From Verrucomicrobiota bacterium (GTDB taxonomy: Bacteria > Chlamydiota > Chlamydiia > Chlamydiales > SM23-39): a stretch of 64,000 bases of DNA. The notes under the pieces were generated by a model. It made no database searches. It had not been told where the DNA came from and saw nothing but the letters and a program-made list of their open reading frames with translations. The translations under genes were made by a program, and so were the position numbers. The number at the start of each line of letters is the position of its first letter. Within the stretch, counting starts at the first letter, position 1. Location: contig JAFEGL010000029.1 of assembly GCA_018239895.1 (NCBI GenBank), positions 64,574-128,573 of the forward strand. Reading direction: 5' to 3'. This document shows positions 36,318 through 46,200 of this stretch, piece by piece.

Positions 36318-36659
36318 TTAATCTTCCGGATTAAAATAAATAATTTCTTCCGCTCCAAATAGGAAGGGGGAGTCGGTCGAAGAGGGAGAGAGGAGAAAGA
36401 TTCCTCCAAGAAGAGTAGATTGAGAGGACCAATCGGCAGCTGTTTCTACCCTAGGAATGGCCTTTGGCTCTTCTATTTTAGAAATTTCTTTACAGACGAG
36501 GCAGCAATTCCAGGCATAGATAAAGAGATTGGCGATGAATTTGGCGATATCCTGGATGATTTTTCCAACCGCCCGAGCCACTTTAATGTAAGTGGGGGAA
36601 TAATCGGGCACCCACCATTGTTTGGAGTAGGTAAATGGTTCGATTTTATTTAATTTCAT
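36318..36659 (-). CDS. hypothetical protein, short member of the same Cys-cluster family
   Basis: 113-aa ORF. YIKVARAVGKIIQDIAKFIANLFIYAWNCCLVCKEISK aligns with the N-terminal motif of the 407-aa neighbour. Confidence 0.45.
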   Translation of the reverse strand: MKLNKIEPFTYSKQWWVPDYSPTYIKVARAVGKIIQDIAKFIANLFIYAWNCCLVCKEISKIEEPKAIPRVETAADWSSQSTLLGGIFLLSPSSTDSPFLFGAEEIIYFNPED

Positions 36660-36707
36660 AATAACATTTAATTTTACATGTTATTATGTGCTTATTGTAT
36701 TAAAAAT

Positions 36708-37433
36708 TCAATTTACAATTATTTCTTTAGAAGCGGCTTTATCTAATATCCAGAGGGCTTTTCTCTCTTGGGTCCCGACATGGCTGGAGGGAAAGTGGCC
36801 TTTAAGCGCTTGGGGGACGATCTCTTGCTTGGAGGCCCCCAGAGCGTAGATGACAGCTAGAGCGCTCTGGTTGATGCAGGGAAAAGTGAAGGTCATTCGC
36901 CAAGTATTTTTTTGAGGAATGTGGTTGGCGACAACGAGCCGGTCTTGGATATCTAGAGCGGTAGTCCCCGGAAAAAGGGAGGCGGTATGCCCATCTTCTC
37001 CTACCCCGAGCATGACGAGATCGAATAAAGAGGGGCCTAATTCGCGGCGTATGGTCTTCTCATATTCGAGGGCGTGCTGCTCGATGTGGGTCTCGGCTTT
37101 CATCCGGAAAATGTGGTTAGAGGGGATAGGAAGCTTGGAAAATCCGGCGTCGAGAGCCATCTTGTAGTTGCTGTCAGGATGGTCTGGAGGAACGGCCCTT
37201 TCGTCGCTCCAGAAAAGGAGCACACGGCTCCAATCGAGGGCCGTCGGCTTTTCAGCGAGTTTTTCGAAGATCGCTTTGGGCGTGGATCCTCCCGAGAGGG
37301 CCACGGCAAAACGCCCCTTTTTCTCTATGGCGGCTCGGGCGCTTTTCAGCCAATGGTCGACAGCGAAGGCGATTGTTTCAGCCGCATCGCCCGGCACAGC
37401 GAGATCTCTTTTCGCATCCCAGTGGATCAACAT
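36708..37433 (-). CDS. pgl: 6-phosphogluconolactonase
   Basis: ALSGGSTP and LGVGEDGHTASLFPG motifs. Confidence 0.9.
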   Translation of the reverse strand: MLIHWDAKRDLAVPGDAAETIAFAVDHWLKSARAAIEKKGRFAVALSGGSTPKAIFEKLAEKPTALDWSRVLLFWSDERAVPPDHPDSNYKMALDAGFSKLPIPSNHIFRMKAETHIEQHALEYEKTIRRELGPSLFDLVMLGVGEDGHTASLFPGTTALDIQDRLVVANHIPQKNTWRMTFTFPCINQSALAVIYALGASKQEIVPQALKGHFPSSHVGTQERKALWILDKAASKEIIVN

Positions 37434-38527
37434 AATTTGTCTCTGTCGATGGTCAAGAGTTCATGGAGCATCGTGAGGTAGTGTTCGCTGGTCCCTTTCG
37501 TGCAGATCTCCTTCACGAGCGATTGTCCTGTGGCCGTCTGTCCGAGGACGAACTGGTAGGGGAGATCGCACCGTTCGGCGTTGGAGATCTGGATCGAGAC
37601 CCGGTGGTACTGTTGCGGGATTCTCGCGCAGTCGTAGTGGTGCCCATCTTCCGACGCCATGTTGACCGAGATGATTGTCCCCGGCCCCAGCTTTTCCCAA
37701 ACTTGGGAGCGGATTGAAAATTGGGGCTTTTTCCCCTCAATTTCGAAGGTGAAGTTGAGCTCCTCTTCCCCTTTGTGGCCCGATGAGATGAATTTCCATT
37801 TGAGTTGGCTTGAGAGCCAAGCGAGGAGATACATCGATTGGATTCTCAAGTGGCAGAAAAACTCGGTCTCTTTCGAGTTGTAGGAGATCTCCAAAGTTTT
37901 AAGAGATTTCAGCTGAGAGATCCTCTCATCGGAGTCAAACGTCGAGGCCAAAAGATCTCTCCACCCCTCTGTCCGGGCCCAGTTGAGGTCGGCGACTTCA
38001 ATCCCATTTTTGGCTTTCAGATCCAAAAGCGTTTTGGAAAAGGAGAGGAGGTTGTCGGCCGATTCAGAATCAAAAATCACCCGGTGAGCCAGCTTCAGCA
38101 AGGGCTCAAACAAAACGTGCTCTTGGCTCGGATCTTCAGCCCACAACAGATTGACGGGGAGGTCGGGGATGATGTGGGGCAAAATGAGAAAGGGGACCCG
38201 GTCCAAGTCGGGGCCGGCCACTCCAATATCGATGTTGTCGCAGGCGATCGTCGTTTCAGAGCCCGATGGAGCGACGACAGAGACGGCCGTCTTCAAATAA
38301 GGCTGCTGCGCCTCGGGATCGTAGGAGATGAAGATGATTCGGCAGGGGAATTTTTCGACCACTTTTTGGACGATATTCCGAAAGTAGTCGGTCCGCGGCG
38401 ACAAGTGGTTGTAGACGATCAGATTGAAAAGGCAGGCCCTCATCTTGTTCTCTTTGACAAGCCCTTCCCAAATGTGCTGCAGCTGCTTTTCGATATCGGC
38501 TGGATTGACAATCTGCTGGATCGTCAT
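37427..38527 (-). CDS. opcA: glucose-6-phosphate dehydrogenase assembly protein OpcA-like
   Basis: N-terminal ..ADIEKQLQHIWEGL....MRACLFNLIVYN matches the OpcA pattern (IE.EL..LW ... R....NL.VY). Sits between zwf and pgl with overlapping stop/start codons. Confidence 0.65.
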   Translation of the reverse strand: MTIQQIVNPADIEKQLQHIWEGLVKENKMRACLFNLIVYNHLSPRTDYFRNIVQKVVEKFPCRIIFISYDPEAQQPYLKTAVSVVAPSGSETTIACDNIDIGVAGPDLDRVPFLILPHIIPDLPVNLLWAEDPSQEHVLFEPLLKLAHRVIFDSESADNLLSFSKTLLDLKAKNGIEVADLNWARTEGWRDLLASTFDSDERISQLKSLKTLEISYNSKETEFFCHLRIQSMYLLAWLSSQLKWKFISSGHKGEEELNFTFEIEGKKPQFSIRSQVWEKLGPGTIISVNMASEDGHHYDCARIPQQYHRVSIQISNAERCDLPYQFVLGQTATGQSLVKEICTKGTSEHYLTMLHELLTIDRDKLC

Positions 38528-40056
38528 AAGATCCTCCAGGCTCGTCCATCTTTCCCGATCATCTCATCGGCCGCTTTCGGTCCCCAAGTTCCCGATGCGT
38601 AGTTGGGGAAGTCCTGCGGCTTTTTGCGGGCCCACTCTTCGAGGACTGGCGTCAAGATATGCCACGATTGGGCGACTTCGTCCGATCTGGCAAAGAGAGT
38701 GCTGTCTCCAAGGATGCAATCCCAGATCAGCCGCTCGTAGGCCTCGGGAGGCGTTTGTCCAAAATAAGACCCGTACCGGAAATCCATTTTGACAGGCTGA
38801 ATCGGACTGCTCGGGCCAGGCACTTTGCAGTTGATCTTCATCGAAATCCCCTCGTCGGGCTGGATTCTCATCGCCAAAACGTTCGGATCGTTCCGTTTCC
38901 CTCTTTGCTGGAAGAGGACGCCCGGAGCGTCTTTGAAAGTGATCGCGATCTCGGTGCCTCGCTTCGGCAGCCGCTTTCCGCCCCGGAGATAGAAGGGGAC
39001 GCCGGCCCAGCGCCAGTTGTCGATGAAGAGCCGCATAGCGAGATAGGTTTCGATGTTCGAGCTCGGAGCGACATCTTTCTCTTGCCGGTAGCCGATCACC
39101 TTTTCACCGTTGATAAAGCCAGGTCCATACTGGCCGCGGATGACCGATGTCTCAAAATCTTGAGCGGCCCAAGGGCGGATCGATTGGAGAACCTTGACCT
39201 TTTCATCGCGGATCGCCGTCGCGCTCAAATTGACCGGCGGCTCCATCGCAACAAGGGACAAAAGTTGCATCATGTGGTTCTGGACGATATCCCGAAGCAA
39301 GCCCTCCTCTTCAAAAAAGTGGCCCCTCGTTCCGATCCCAATATCTTCCGCTACGGTGATCTGGACGTGGTCGATATGCTTGTAGTTCCAGAGCGACTCA
39401 AAGATCGAGTTAGCAAACCGGAAGACCAAGAGGTTTTGAACCGTCTCTTTGCCGAGATAGTGGTCGATCCGGTAAATTTGCGTCTCATCGAGATGTTTAG
39501 AAATCTCCTTTTGAAGCTGAGCCGCCGAATCTGAATCGTGCCCAAACGGTTTTTCGATGATGACCCGGGACCATTTATCCGTTGTCTGGTGGATGTCGTA
39601 GGCGAGTCCATGCTTCTTTAACTTCTCGATGATGATCGGAAAGTATTTTGGCTGCACAGATAGATAAAAGACCCGGTTGCCGCGAGTCGCGAAGCGGGCG
39701 TCGAGCTGATTTAAAAAAGTAGCCAGGGCAGCATATCCCTCATCCTTGTCGAAGTCAGACTGGTGATAGAAAAACTGCTCTTGAAAATGGGTCCAGAATT
39801 TCTCATCGATCGGCTTGACGCGCGAATAAGTCGAGATGTCCGATTTCACCTCTTCGCGGAACTGCTGGTGAGTTTTTTCTCGCCGGGCAAAGCCGACGCA
39901 GGCGAAATTGGGCGGGAGCATCCCTTCCCGGCCCAAGTTATAAAGAGCCGGAGACAGCTTTCTCCCGGTCAAATCGCCCGTCGCCCCGAAAATCACAAGG
40001 ACGCATGGGTCGATATTGCGCGAGGATCTCCCCGCCTCTTCAAGAGGATGCTGCAT
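38524..40056 (-). CDS. zwf: glucose-6-phosphate 1-dehydrogenase
   Basis: IFGATGDLTGRKL, RIDHYLGKE and EKPFG motifs. Start set at MQHPLEE (40056). Confidence 0.95.
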   Translation of the reverse strand: MQHPLEEAGRSSRNIDPCVLVIFGATGDLTGRKLSPALYNLGREGMLPPNFACVGFARREKTHQQFREEVKSDISTYSRVKPIDEKFWTHFQEQFFYHQSDFDKDEGYAALATFLNQLDARFATRGNRVFYLSVQPKYFPIIIEKLKKHGLAYDIHQTTDKWSRVIIEKPFGHDSDSAAQLQKEISKHLDETQIYRIDHYLGKETVQNLLVFRFANSIFESLWNYKHIDHVQITVAEDIGIGTRGHFFEEEGLLRDIVQNHMMQLLSLVAMEPPVNLSATAIRDEKVKVLQSIRPWAAQDFETSVIRGQYGPGFINGEKVIGYRQEKDVAPSSNIETYLAMRLFIDNWRWAGVPFYLRGGKRLPKRGTEIAITFKDAPGVLFQQRGKRNDPNVLAMRIQPDEGISMKINCKVPGPSSPIQPVKMDFRYGSYFGQTPPEAYERLIWDCILGDSTLFARSDEVAQSWHILTPVLEEWARKKPQDFPNYASGTWGPKAADEMIGKDGRAWRIL

Positions 40057-41083
40057 GAGTTTTCTCCGCGTAATAAAACATCTGTTCAATGCAACGCAGG
40101 GCTTTTGCCTGCATCTGTTGTTCAATTTCCACAATTTGCCCTTTGCGAGGGGCTGCAAGAGCCTGGCGGATCGCCGCGAGGCTGTTTGAGCGCATGTATT
40201 TGCACATCATGCACCCGCCGATCAATTTCGCCTCGGGCACATCGACGGCCAATCGGGAAGAGACGCCACACTCGGTCAATAACAGAAATGGCCTTTTCAC
40301 TTCACGGTTCTCTTTCACATACTGGTACATATCGGTCGTGGAGCCGACGACATCGGCTTTGGCGACGACCTCAGGCTTACACTCTGGGTGGGCCAAAACG
40401 ATCGCATCACGATGCTGCTGTTTCATAAAGTCGACCATCTCAGGCTCGATCTGTTCATGGACATAGCAGGTGCCGGGATAGACCAAAATTTCTTTCTCCA
40501 CGCCGCGGCTTTTCATCCGATTTTTCAAGTTTTCCCCCATGAGCCGGTCGGGCAGGAAGAAAATTTTATCGCTCGGGATGTTCTCGATGATCTTGTAGAC
40601 ATTCGACGAAGTGATGCAGACGTCGCAGGCCGCCTTCACATCGGCGGTTGTGTTGATGTAGCAGACGAAGACATGCTCCGGATACTGCTTTCTCAATTCG
40701 AGCACTGTCTCTCCATCGATGCTGGCAGCGAGGCTGCATCCGCCATTCGGATTCGGATCGATCACCTGCTTTTCGGGATTGAGGATTTTTGCCGTCTCAG
40801 CCATGAACCGGACCGCAGGGAAAACGATCGTCTTCGCATCGGTCGCTTTGGCAATTTTCGCCAGGCCGTACGAGTCTCCCACATGGTCGGCGACGCCGTA
40901 GATGATATCGGGGTGGACGTAGGTATGGGCTAAAATGATCGCATGGTGCTCTTTTTTCAGCTCCTGGATCTCTTCAATCAGAGGAGCTAGCCTCTCGCAC
41001 CGTTCTTCGGTATAGGCGCATAGCGGGTTGCCAACGTCGACATTTTTCAATCGCTCGAAAAGTTGACTGGCTGTTGTGGTCAT
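40040..41083 (-). CDS. nadA: quinolinate synthase
   Basis: ILAHTYVHPDI, VRFMAETAKILNPEK, GGCSLA, YINTTADVKA, HPEC and GSTT motifs align with E. coli NadA as I recall it. Confidence 0.85.
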   Translation of the reverse strand: MTTTASQLFERLKNVDVGNPLCAYTEERCERLAPLIEEIQELKKEHHAIILAHTYVHPDIIYGVADHVGDSYGLAKIAKATDAKTIVFPAVRFMAETAKILNPEKQVIDPNPNGGCSLAASIDGETVLELRKQYPEHVFVCYINTTADVKAACDVCITSSNVYKIIENIPSDKIFFLPDRLMGENLKNRMKSRGVEKEILVYPGTCYVHEQIEPEMVDFMKQQHRDAIVLAHPECKPEVVAKADVVGSTTDMYQYVKENREVKRPFLLLTECGVSSRLAVDVPEAKLIGGCMMCKYMRSNSLAAIRQALAAPRKGQIVEIEQQMQAKALRCIEQMFYYAEKTHAASS

Positions 41084-41493
41084 GAAGGGCTATCCAAGTA
41101 GCTTTGCAATAAAAGTGCTGCAGCTGCAGCATCGATTTTCGCGCTCCGCTCCTTTCTATTCAAGGAAAGTTCTTTCAGACTTCTTTCTGCCTGCGCGCTA
41201 GAGAGCCGTTCGTCCCAGAGTTTTACAGGGATTCCAAAGAGCGCTTCTAATTCTTCGGAAAACTTTCTGGCGGCGAGACCCATGTCCCCCTCTTTCCCAT
41301 TCAGGAGCAGGGGATGGCCGACCAAGATCAGATCGATCTCTTTTTTTCTGGCTTCGAGGGCTTTTGCGACGTGAGCTGCCCCCTTCTTTCCCCCTTCGAC
41401 AGTCGTGAAGGGAGAAGCGAGGCGGCGGCCTTCGTCGGATAGGGCGATCCCGATCCGCTTTAAGCCGTAGTCAATCGCGGCGACGCGGCCCAT
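41080..41493 (-). CDS. ruvX: Holliday junction resolvase-like protein RuvX/YqgF
   Basis: AIDYGLKRIGIALSD N-terminus, DERLSS motif, 137 aa. Confidence 0.85.
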   Translation of the reverse strand: MGRVAAIDYGLKRIGIALSDEGRRLASPFTTVEGGKKGAAHVAKALEARKKEIDLILVGHPLLLNGKEGDMGLAARKFSEELEALFGIPVKLWDERLSSAQAERSLKELSLNRKERSAKIDAAAAALLLQSYLDSPS

Positions 41494-43109
41494 GTATCGG
41501 ATCTTTTATAAAGGATGATCGACTGGATGAAGTCGCGGAACAATGGATGAGGTTCCAGCGGTTTCGATTTGAATTCAGGGTGGTATTGGACGCCGAGCAT
41601 CCAAGGATGGCCTGCGACTTCGGAGATTTCGCAAAGGGTCCCTTTTTCCAAGGTGCCGGCAAAGAACATCCCTTTCTCTTCAAACGCAGTCTTGTAGTGG
41701 TTGTTGAACTCGTACCGGTGGCGGTGCCGTTCCCAAATGATCTTCTTCCCGTACGCCTTGAACGCCAATGTATCTGGCTTCAACTCGCAAGGGTAGGCGC
41801 CGAGACGCATCGTCCCGCCGAGATTTTGGATTTGTTTCTGCTCCGAGAGCATCGAGATGACTGGATCGGGCGTATTTGGATCGACCTCAGTCGAATGGGC
41901 CTTCTTCAATCCCAAAACGTTTCTGGCAAATTCGACGATCATCACCTGCATGCCGAGGCAGAGGCCAAAGTAGGGGATCCCCTTCGTGCGGCAATACTTC
42001 GCGGTTAGAACTTTCCCTTCCCAACCTCTCTCTCCGAATCCTCCGGGGACCAAATACCCGTCGCAGCCTTTGATAGCCGCTTCGACCGATCCGTTTTCGA
42101 CGATCCGGTCTGACTCAAATCTTCTAATCTCCAGATCGACGCCGGCGGCGATAGCGCCGTGGCGGAGAGCTTCGTAAACTGACTTGTAGGCGTCCTGGTG
42201 GTCCATGTACTTGCCGACGACGCCGATCGTGACCTTCCCTTTCGGATGGAGGACCGATTGGAGCATCCTTTCCCAGCGGCTCAAGTCGGCAGGACCTGTC
42301 TTCAGACCAAGCATTTTGCAGACCATCTCATCGAGCCCTTGCCGATGGAGGTCAGTCGGTACTTCGTAAATGCTATGCTCGACATCTTTCTCGTCGATGA
42401 CCGCCTCTTCGCGGACGTTGCAGAAGAGAGAAATCTTGGCCTTCAAGTCGGCGCCGAGGGGATCTTCGCATCGGCACAAGATCATATCGGGGACAATTCC
42501 GATCTCTCTCAAGGCCTGAACCGAATGTTGCGTCGGCTTCGTCTTCACTTCGCCAGCGGCCTTCAAGAACGGAACGTAAGTCAAATGGATGTTGATGCAA
42601 TCGGAGGGTCTTTCATATCTAAACTGTCGGATCGCCTCTAAGAAAGGGAGCGACTCGATATCGCCTACCGTCCCGCCGATCTCGACCAAAACGACCTGTG
42701 TATCTTTTTCCTGAGCAGCGCAGGCCAAGATTCTCGCCTTGATCTCATCGGTGACATGGGGAATGACCTGGACAGTTTTGCCCAAATAATCGCCCTTTCT
42801 CTCTTTTTTGATGACGGTGTCGTAGATCTGTCCCGTGGTCGCGTTCGATGCTTTCGTCAGAGGCGAGTGGGTGAACCGGTAGTAGTGGCCCAAGTCCAAA
42901 TCGGTCTCGGCTCCATCGTCAGTGACATAAACTTCGCCGTGTTGAAATGGGTTCATGGTCCCTGGATCCACATTCAAGTAGGGATCTAGCTTGAGCATGG
43001 CGATTTTGACGCCTCTGCATTCCAGAAGGTGGCCAATCGAAGCAGACGTCAGTCCTTTCCCGAGAGAGGATACCACGCCGCCAGTAATAAACACGTACTT
43101 GATAGACAT
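41460..43109 (-). CDS. pyrG: CTP synthase
   Basis: KYVFITGGVVSSLGKG, GLCLGMQ (GATase Cys) and HRHRYEFN motifs. Start set at MSIKYVF (43109). Confidence 0.95.
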   Translation of the reverse strand: MSIKYVFITGGVVSSLGKGLTSASIGHLLECRGVKIAMLKLDPYLNVDPGTMNPFQHGEVYVTDDGAETDLDLGHYYRFTHSPLTKASNATTGQIYDTVIKKERKGDYLGKTVQVIPHVTDEIKARILACAAQEKDTQVVLVEIGGTVGDIESLPFLEAIRQFRYERPSDCINIHLTYVPFLKAAGEVKTKPTQHSVQALREIGIVPDMILCRCEDPLGADLKAKISLFCNVREEAVIDEKDVEHSIYEVPTDLHRQGLDEMVCKMLGLKTGPADLSRWERMLQSVLHPKGKVTIGVVGKYMDHQDAYKSVYEALRHGAIAAGVDLEIRRFESDRIVENGSVEAAIKGCDGYLVPGGFGERGWEGKVLTAKYCRTKGIPYFGLCLGMQVMIVEFARNVLGLKKAHSTEVDPNTPDPVISMLSEQKQIQNLGGTMRLGAYPCELKPDTLAFKAYGKKIIWERHRHRYEFNNHYKTAFEEKGMFFAGTLEKGTLCEISEVAGHPWMLGVQYHPEFKSKPLEPHPLFRDFIQSIILYKRSDTWAASPRLTTA

Positions 43110-43260
43110 AGCACCATATTCTACCCACAACCCCACATATTTTTCAAATCAGGAGTAGAAATGGATGTCGCTGTTCAGCCAGCTACGCGCCGGTTCTAAA
43201 ATTTTGTTTACCCGTTTTAAAATATTTGGTTTAATAGACGCCAATTTTTTTTGGAGGATT

Positions 43261-46200
43261 ATGAAAAATTGGCTGTGCGTACTTTTGGCGGCAAGCGCTG
43301 TAATTTTTGCAGACGAAAAAGAACCTGACTTGATCGCTTCGACCCCCGATCAGATCGCGAGCCTCTCCTCGGAGGATCTGATCGGCGGCGTAGTCAGCCC
43401 CTTGAGCGGCCAGGTTGTAATCAGAGAGATAGATCTCGTCGCGCCAGGCGTACAACCGATCGAAATAGGGCGGGTCTATGTCCCGCTTGGCATTACGGCT
43501 CCCTCCCCCGTGCCGCCGCCAGAAGGGGGCAACCAGCTAGATAGATACCGCTGGTTCTCCAGCCATAGAGAGTACTGGGCCTACGTGATTGCTAACTACA
43601 GAGGTTGGCAGCACGTCCCCCAGAGATACGTTGTGATCAAAGATGGGAAAGCTCTGATAACTGATCAAAACGGATCGGTTCTGGAATTTAAATTGAAAGG
43701 GGGGCGATACGAGCTTACAACTCCTCTCTACGGAATCGGCTCCTCTTCAGGCGAAAAAGACCCTCGGAATATCCGGATCAGTTCCGAAGGCGAGGTTTAC
43801 AAGGTGACTTACCCCGACGGGTTAGTCCGGATTTACAAAGCGAGCCACATAAATGCTTATACGCTGCAAAAAGAGATCCTGCCGAATGGAAAGATTCTCA
43901 GATATACGATCGACTCTTCTGGGATCTTCATCGAAAGCTTAGATCCTCAAGAGAGATACGTCTATGCTACAGCAAAATTCGATGGGAAAACCCAGGTAAC
44001 CGCAGGCCCAGATCAAGCGGCATTCAACTATGACGCTACCCAGAACAGAAAGCTTAGATTCAAGCAGAAAAAGGGGAAGAAAGGTAAATACAACGACCTG
44101 GCCCCGATCGAAGAGGAGTACGATTATCCTCTCCCCCCTATTTTAACGAGAGCCTCCACACCGAACTACCGATCTGAGATTTGCGATTACACCTCATTTT
44201 GGCAATTGAGCCAGTATAAGGGGAAAGACAACTGGTTTATGTGCGCTTATGACACGGGGGTCTCTGAACTCTCATTTCCCGTAGGCTCAGACGGCTCTTT
44301 TGAGACGGTCTACTGGATTAGCTACAACCCGCCAGTTGCAGGGCAAAGAGGGGGGAGCACTCAGTCCATTCGCGCGGACGGAGTGACCACAATCTACTAC
44401 TTCTCTCAAGAGCTCTTGACCACGTCAGTTGAAACGTACGATCCAAGCGGCAAGCTGCAGATGAAAAAGAACTACGATTGGAGCAGCGACCACCGACTGA
44501 AGATGGAAGAGGTTTTAGATGGCAGCGGCTCCCTATTCTATCGGAAAACCTATGCGAACTACGACCCGAATGGGAACCCCCAGCTCGAGACATTTTCTGG
44601 GAACTTAAGCGGCGAGGGGAGACTCGAGACGTGGAGCGTCAGAAGAGAGTACTCTCCAGAAAATTTACTGCTCAAGGAAACAGACGACGAGGGAAAAACG
44701 ACCCTATTTAGTTATCTTCCGAGCACCCGATTGATGACCGCTAAGACTATTTTAGATGGAACTCAGACAGTCCTTCAGATGACCTGGACCTACGACGATT
44801 GCTATAACCTGATCGAAGAGACGACCTCCGATGCGACACAAAAGACGATCACCCGATATCGCCTCTCGCAAGACCCGTCTACTCTCCATCTTCCCGAGTG
44901 GATCGAGACCTATTACCTGGATGGGACCGAAAAGCTCTTGAAGAAAGTCAAGCTCGCCTACGACAGCCGAGGCCACGTCGCCGAAGAGCAAATCTACGAT
45001 GCAAACGGGAATTTCGCCTGGACGATCAAACACCAGTACGACGAACAGGGGAATCTTGTTTCAGAGACAAACGCCATGGGCGATGAAGCCCTTTATGCCT
45101 ATACCCCGGAAGGGAAGTGCAGCTATTCCCGCAATTTCTCTGGCCGCTTGGAGAAAAAGATGACCTACGACTTCGCTGGCCGCTTGGAACACATGGAAGA
45201 AGGGAAAACCCGCCTCACATCGTTCAATTACGATCCACTGAATCGCTGCATTGAAAAAACCGATTATTTTGGACAAACGACAAACTATACCCCTGATCCC
45301 GTGACAGGAAAAACGGCCAAAACCCAAGGGCCCCTCGCTGTCGTCTCCTCCAAAACATACGATCCGTTGGGACGGGAGATCCAATCGATCGACCCGAACG
45401 GCCACATCACCAAGACCCAATACAACGCCTACGGTTCACCCGTGACGATCCACTATCCGAACGGAGCCATCGAGCGGTTCAGCTACCACAGGAACGGGAA
45501 CTTAAAATCCCACACAGACCGGGAGGGGACCACAACCGAGTACGACTACGACATCCTCGATCGGATCATCTCTAAGACCACCTGGGTTGAAGGGGAGCAA
45601 ATCGCCTCTGAAACCTACACCTACAGCGCCTTCAACCTCCTTTCCGAAACGGACAAAGAGGGGAACCTCACCACCTACACCTACGACAAAGCAGGGCGAA
45701 AAACTTCTGAAACAGCAGGAGTCCGGGTCACCAACTACTTTTACGATCCGATGAATCGCCTCATCAAAACAAAAAACTCCCAAACCACCTGCCAAGTCGA
45801 ATGGGACCCGCTCGATCGACTCCTCAAAGAGCGCTATCTCGACAAACAGGGAAAAGTCCTCTCGAAGATCCGCTACGCCTACGACAAAGACGGCAACCAA
45901 ATCGCCGTCTACCGCTACCCGCAAAATGAGGAGAAAGTCGAGACCTTCGAGTACGACCCATTCGGCCGACTAATTGCACACACCGATCCGCTCGGCAACA
46001 TCACAACAACCTACTATGACGAAACGGGTCCCACTCTCACAAAAATCACAACGGACCCGCTCTCCCTCTCAACCCTCATCACCTACGATCCCTACCAGAG
46101 AGAGACCCACCGTCAAATCGGCTCCACCTACCGCGAAGAGAGAACTTACGATCCCGCGGGGAATCTCCTCCAGATCCAAGAAGGGGACCTGATCACGAGG

